The notes below the pieces were generated by a model. It was not told the origin of the DNA. It saw only the letters and a program-made list of their open reading frames with translations, and made no database searches. Both the position numbers and the translations under genes were made by a program. This document shows, piece by piece, positions 58,753-64,000 of a stretch of DNA of 64,000 nucleotides. Origin of the DNA: Octopus vulgaris (Eukaryota); contig OX597816.1 in assembly GCA_951406725.2 (NCBI GenBank), positions 152,768,001 through 152,832,000 of the forward strand, read 5' to 3'. The first letter of the stretch is position 1; each line of letters opens with the position of its first letter.

Positions 58753-58802
<50 letters not shown>

Positions 58803-58869
58803 GTATGTGTGTATGTATGTATTTATGTATATATGTGTATATATATATACACACATAAATACATATATT

Positions 58870-58952
<83 letters not shown>

Positions 58953-59125
58953 AGTAGTTGAATGAATTATCTTGTTATGGATAATTCGGTTAACCGATAC
59001 CTGGGTAGCAAATTCACATCAGAGAAGACACGTTTGAAGTTACGTGCTTTCGTGTGGAAATTTGTATGTTTTTTTAAAAAATATAAATATATGAAAGAAT
59101 GGAGTTGAACGACGAATTAACAAAA

Positions 59126-59224
59126 TTCCTTTATTTTCGACATATGTTTCGAAGGCTGCATATTCCTAATTGCGAAGGAATAAGGAGTATATTATGCCGC
59201 TTTCTCATCAGGAAAAGCAAGGAA
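59126..59224 (-). ncRNA. Type I hammerhead ribozyme, identical inverted copy
   Basis: Exact reverse complement of 59330-59428, within the left arm of the 143-bp inverted repeat. Confidence 0.85.
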
Positions 59225-59329
59225 CTTATGTCAACATCAAGATGATTTTTTTTTTGTTATTTTTTTCGCTATGGGCTCCGTGTGAGCAGTCATCTAAAAG
59301 TTTTTTGCGCATCTTGATGTTGACATAAG

Positions 59330-59428
59330 TTCCTTGCTTTTCCTGATGAGAAAGCGGCATAATATACTCCTTATTCCTTCGCAATTAGGAATATGCAGCC
59401 TTCGAAACATATGTCGAAAATAAAGGAA
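59330..59428 (+). ncRNA. Type I hammerhead ribozyme (canonical core, long stem II, palindromic stem III)
   Basis: ttcctt-gc-ttttc | CTGATGA (59343-49) | stem II gaaagcggcat...attcct/aggaat...atgcagccttc | GAAA (59404-07) | catatg | TC (59414-15) | gaaaa-ta-aaggaa. Stem I ttttc/gaaaa plus ttcctt/aaggaa; GUC cleavage triplet. Confidence 0.85.
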
Positions 59429-59471
59429 TTTTGTTAATTCGTCGTTCAACTCTTTCATATATTTATATTTA

Positions 59472-59581
<110 letters not shown>

Positions 59582-59642
59582 TACATAAATATATATACAT
59601 ATGTATAAATATATATATATGTATATATGCATATATATATGT

Positions 59643-59676
<34 letters not shown>

Positions 59677-59746
59677 ACATATGATAAATACATACATATG
59701 TATGTATGTATGTATGTATGTATATGTATGTATGTATGTATGCATG

Positions 59747-59787
<41 letters not shown>

Positions 59788-60550
59788 TACATATATAAGG
59801 TATAAATACATACAAGAATATAAGTCTTATGATATGTATGTCATGATATGTATGTATGCTGATTAATGTATGATCACGGCCAGCCTCCAAGAAAACTAAG
59901 CAACGAGCATTAGAAAACTATAGCGTAGATTTCCGGAAGAAGGATCGAATGCATACGGACACCAGGACAGCAAAAGGGACGAATATAAAAAACAAAAAAC
60001 AATAATGGAATACAGAAACATGAAATACAGAAGCATTAACGGTAGTGTCTTACGACTGATAACAAGCAAACAAATTTTATATATTGGAAAGGAGCCTTAT
60101 ATATATATATATATATATATATACATACATGGAAGTAAAAAGCAACATATCTCAATGACGTATCATCTATTCAGCTCTAAATGGCTTAAGTTAGAACGTT
60201 ATCAGTGTGATATTTACTACATAATTAATACAAAAGTAATACATAATCAATTAATTTAGTCGAATATGATAAATCATTTATTTTTATCAGGAACATTTTT
60301 TTGAATTTGAACAAAGTCATCGTGTTTGCTCTGAGGCAACGTAAACTCTTTTTAGAGCTAAACAAATGAAATTTTTGAAACATCATTCAGATCTCTAATT
60401 TTCTCTTCTTCAAAATATTTTTTTCTGAGCTCTTTCTCAGTTTAAATCAAAGCAAATTAATTTCTGTTATGGCCATTATATTGAAGTAATCACATATTGA
60501 AATTTATGGGCAAATTAAAGAATTCAATTCTTGAAACACACACACACACA

Positions 60551-60582
<32 letters not shown>

Positions 60583-60588
60583 TGCATA

Positions 60589-60778
60589 TATTATATATTA
60601 TATTATATTATATTATATTATATTATATTACATTACATTATATTATATTATATTGTATTATATTATATTATATTATATTATGCTATATTATATTATACTA
60701 TATTATATTATATTATATTATATTATATTATTTTATATTATATTATATTATATTATATTATATTATATTATATTATAT

Positions 60779-60845
<67 letters not shown>
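60589..60845. repeat. (TATAT)n pentanucleotide array running into (TA)n
   Basis: Directly visible. Confidence 0.95.
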
Positions 60846-60846
<1 letters not shown>

Positions 60847-61099
60847 GCAAGATATTTGATGGAAAATTGTGTTGAAACAAATATTGTAGCTTAAGACGGG
60901 TATTCTGTCAAAGAAATCACATGCAGGATAGTCTTTGCTTTCTTTATCATTAATAAAGTAATTAATTAATCAATCAATTAATCAATTATTTAATGCATCA
61001 ACTATCGTTTTGTGCGAGTTTTTGACACACATTTATGAGCTTTGCAATGTGTCAATGTCTTCCACTCTCCGGAAGTACTTTTCATTTTCTTATTTTTGG

Positions 61100-61192
61100 T
61101 ATAGTAGAAGACACTAGCCCAAGGTGACACGCAGTGGGACTGAACCCTGAACTATGTGGCTGGGAAGTAAGCTTCCTACCAAACAGTCACTC
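61100..61192 (-). mobile_element. SINE family B, head fragment
   Basis: tatagtagaagacactagcccaaggtgacacgcagtgggactgaacc. Confidence 0.7.
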
Positions 61193-61332
61193 TTACATAC
61201 ACACACACACACACACGCACACATATGTATTATATATATAATGTATATGTATATATACATTCATATATATATATATATATATATATACATATTTACATAC
61301 ATATCCATAAATACATGCATACACATATGTAT

Positions 61333-61413
<81 letters not shown>

Positions 61414-61658
61414 TATATACATATATGAATATATATGAACATATATAGATACACATGCACTCATTCATACATACACAATAAACACATGCATGCATACATG
61501 CATATATGTTTCTATATGTGTATGTATGTATGTACGTACGTACGTAAGTATATATGTATGTATGTATGAATGTATGTATGTATGTATGAATGTATGTATG
61601 TATGTATGTATGTATGTATGTATGTATGTATGTATGTATGTATCTATCTATCTATCTA

Positions 61659-61732
<74 letters not shown>

Positions 61733-61894
61733 CATAAACATGTACTTATAAGTACATATAAATATATATATATATATACTTATATATATATACTTGTGTG
61801 TGTAATTAGTCTATACATACACATTTATCTATCCATTTATTGTCAATCTATTTAGTAATCTATCTATCCCCATATGTGTGTGTGTGTGTGTGTA

Positions 61895-61990
61895 CTAGGC
61901 TTACAAAGAATAAGTCCTGGGGTCGATTTGCTCGACTAAAGGTGGTGCTCCAGTATAGCTTCAGTCAAATGATTGAAACAAGTAAAAGAA
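61895..61990 (+). mobile_element. SINE family B, tail fragment
   Basis: tactaggcttacaaagaataagtcctggggtcgatttgctcgactaaagg...gaaacaagtaaaaga. Confidence 0.75.
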
Positions 61991-61999
61991 AGTAATATA

Positions 62000-62049
<50 letters not shown>

Positions 62050-62319
62050 CACAAGTTAAGATAGGGGTTATGGGTGTAACCCACTAAGGGATAGCATTTA
62101 TCCAATATACTGTTGGTGAAGTACCCAGATTCTTAATACATAAATGTTTTTAATTGCAATGCAATTAACTCATTTATCATATTAAACGAGTGAATGTAAA
62201 TAAATATTTTTACCGTTAATTTATAATACAAATAACAAAATGCATAAATAATCCAACATTCTAATATCCGAAAGTTGATGAACAAACTAGATTTGTTTCT
62301 CCATTTTCTTATTATTTGT

Positions 62320-62390
<71 letters not shown>

Positions 62391-62902
62391 ATGACTTTCC
62401 TTTAGCTATAGCATCTAAAGTGAATCAAATTATGATTTTCTCTCTTTTTGCACTGTTCATTTTAGTCATTATTGTTACGGCCATTCTGGAGCAACCAGTT
62501 CGTTGATGACTGTTCTGTTGTGTTTTCATGATGTCTTTATCATATACGTGAACAGCAAAATATTTCTTTTAAAATTGAGAATTCCTACATGAATGTCAAA
62601 TTTCATCCTCTTAAGAAAATCGAGTGCCTTTTGATTGAAATTACCGTTATAAATCAGTTAATCGTTGCAATAACACATAAATAGGGGTACAAATTTTTTT
62701 GTGTTTGTAAAGAACTATGTTTGTGGATTAGGCAATATTTTAGACTTGATTTCAAGAATGTCCATCTTCAAGATTGTCCATCCATCCATCCATCCATCCA
62801 TCCATCCATCCATCCATCCATCCATCCATCCATCCACCCATGTATGTATGTATGTATGTATGTATGTATGTATGTATGTATGTATGTATGTATGTATGCG
62901 AG

Positions 62903-62973
<71 letters not shown>

Positions 62974-63132
62974 TTATCTATCTATTAATAGGATGTGGAA
63001 ATGCATGTGCTCGTGTGTATTCCAGTGATATACAGAAAACAATATAATCTTGATTATACAGATGTATATACACACATATTCTAACATAAAATGTTGTATG
63101 CGTGCAGGTATATATGTATGTAAATATGTATG

Positions 63133-63171
<39 letters not shown>

Positions 63172-63232
63172 GTAGGTATGTATGTATGTATGTATGTATG
63201 TATGTATGTATGTATGTATGTATGTATGTATG

Positions 63233-63300
<68 letters not shown>

Positions 63301-63468
63301 AAAACAGGTTGCTTGACCTGTTTTGCCTGTCCCTTTTTCTTATATACAATATATATACTGAACTTTACAGAAGTTCCTGCCGGTAATCGGCTATATTTAC
63401 ATACCGAATTCTACCAGTAAATAATTGGGTTTTTTTAAAAGCCTTTATAGAAATTATTTACTCTTATC

Positions 63469-63514
<46 letters not shown>

Positions 63515-63807
63515 GCGGTGGTGCCCCAGCATGGCCGCGGCCTTCGGGCTAAAACATTTTTAAGGATTTAAGGATATATATACGTATATGTGTATGATAT
63601 ATGAATATCTATCTGTATATGTGCATTAATATATACATATATTTATTTGTGGGTTTCACTTGAAATCTTCGTTACGTTGTTAACCCACAAATGAAAATAA
63701 AAACATCTAACTGCCAATGCGATGTTGAGCACTCATTCGTTCTTTTCGATATTAGCCTATGTGTATATGTATAAGTATATATGTATGGATATACTTATAT
63801 ATATATT

Positions 63808-63851
<44 letters not shown>

Positions 63852-64000
63852 ACACACAGGCTCATATATATATATGTATGTGTGTATGCATGCGTGCGTG
63901 TGCGTGTGTATGTGTATACAGAGTGAAAGAGAGTGTGTGTTCTTTCCTTCACTGAGCATCTCATTAACACTTTGCACGTACTACGTTTCCCGTTGTGTAT

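Larger units (their letters stand above)
58949..59470. mobile_element. Non-autonomous Penelope-like insertion with inverted repeat, inside a (TA)n tract
   Basis: Perfect inverted arms 59102-59244 and 59310-59452, extending to 59079/59470 across one 5-bp indel; 65-bp spacer; ~130-bp unique tail on the left; (TA)n on both sides; hammerhead in each arm. Confidence 0.7.

Overview
AT-rich, microsatellite-saturated eukaryotic (animal) non-coding DNA, with no host protein-coding gene that I can support. Almost all ORF-track entries are translations of (TA)n, (CA)n, (TATC)n, (TATG)n and (ATT)n tracts. The SINE complement and repeat landscape look like an octopus/coleoid cephalopod genome (inference from memory, not a database search). 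Supported content: three tRNA-like SINE families (>20 copies or fragments); a near full-length DD34D mariner (41012-42304); a decayed DD37D maT-type transposon (48866-50132); four fragments of an R4/Dong-like non-LTR retrotransposon; a CR1/L2-like fragment; and a Penelope-like (PLE) RT fragment. The most interesting signal is a set of short non-coding inserts abutting (TA)n or (TG)n tracts that carry type I hammerhead ribozyme folds, mostly inside inverted repeats. These include twin canonical hammerheads in a perfect 143-bp inverted repeat (59102-59452), one in a 61-bp inverted repeat (55839-56024), a minimal hammerhead with a compensatory A3-U8 core (27636-27670), two A6U variants, a core-deleted relic and an older decayed copy. 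They look like several distinct families of non-autonomous PLE/retrozyme-like elements that favour dinucleotide microsatellites. Ribozyme activity is inferred from sequence only.
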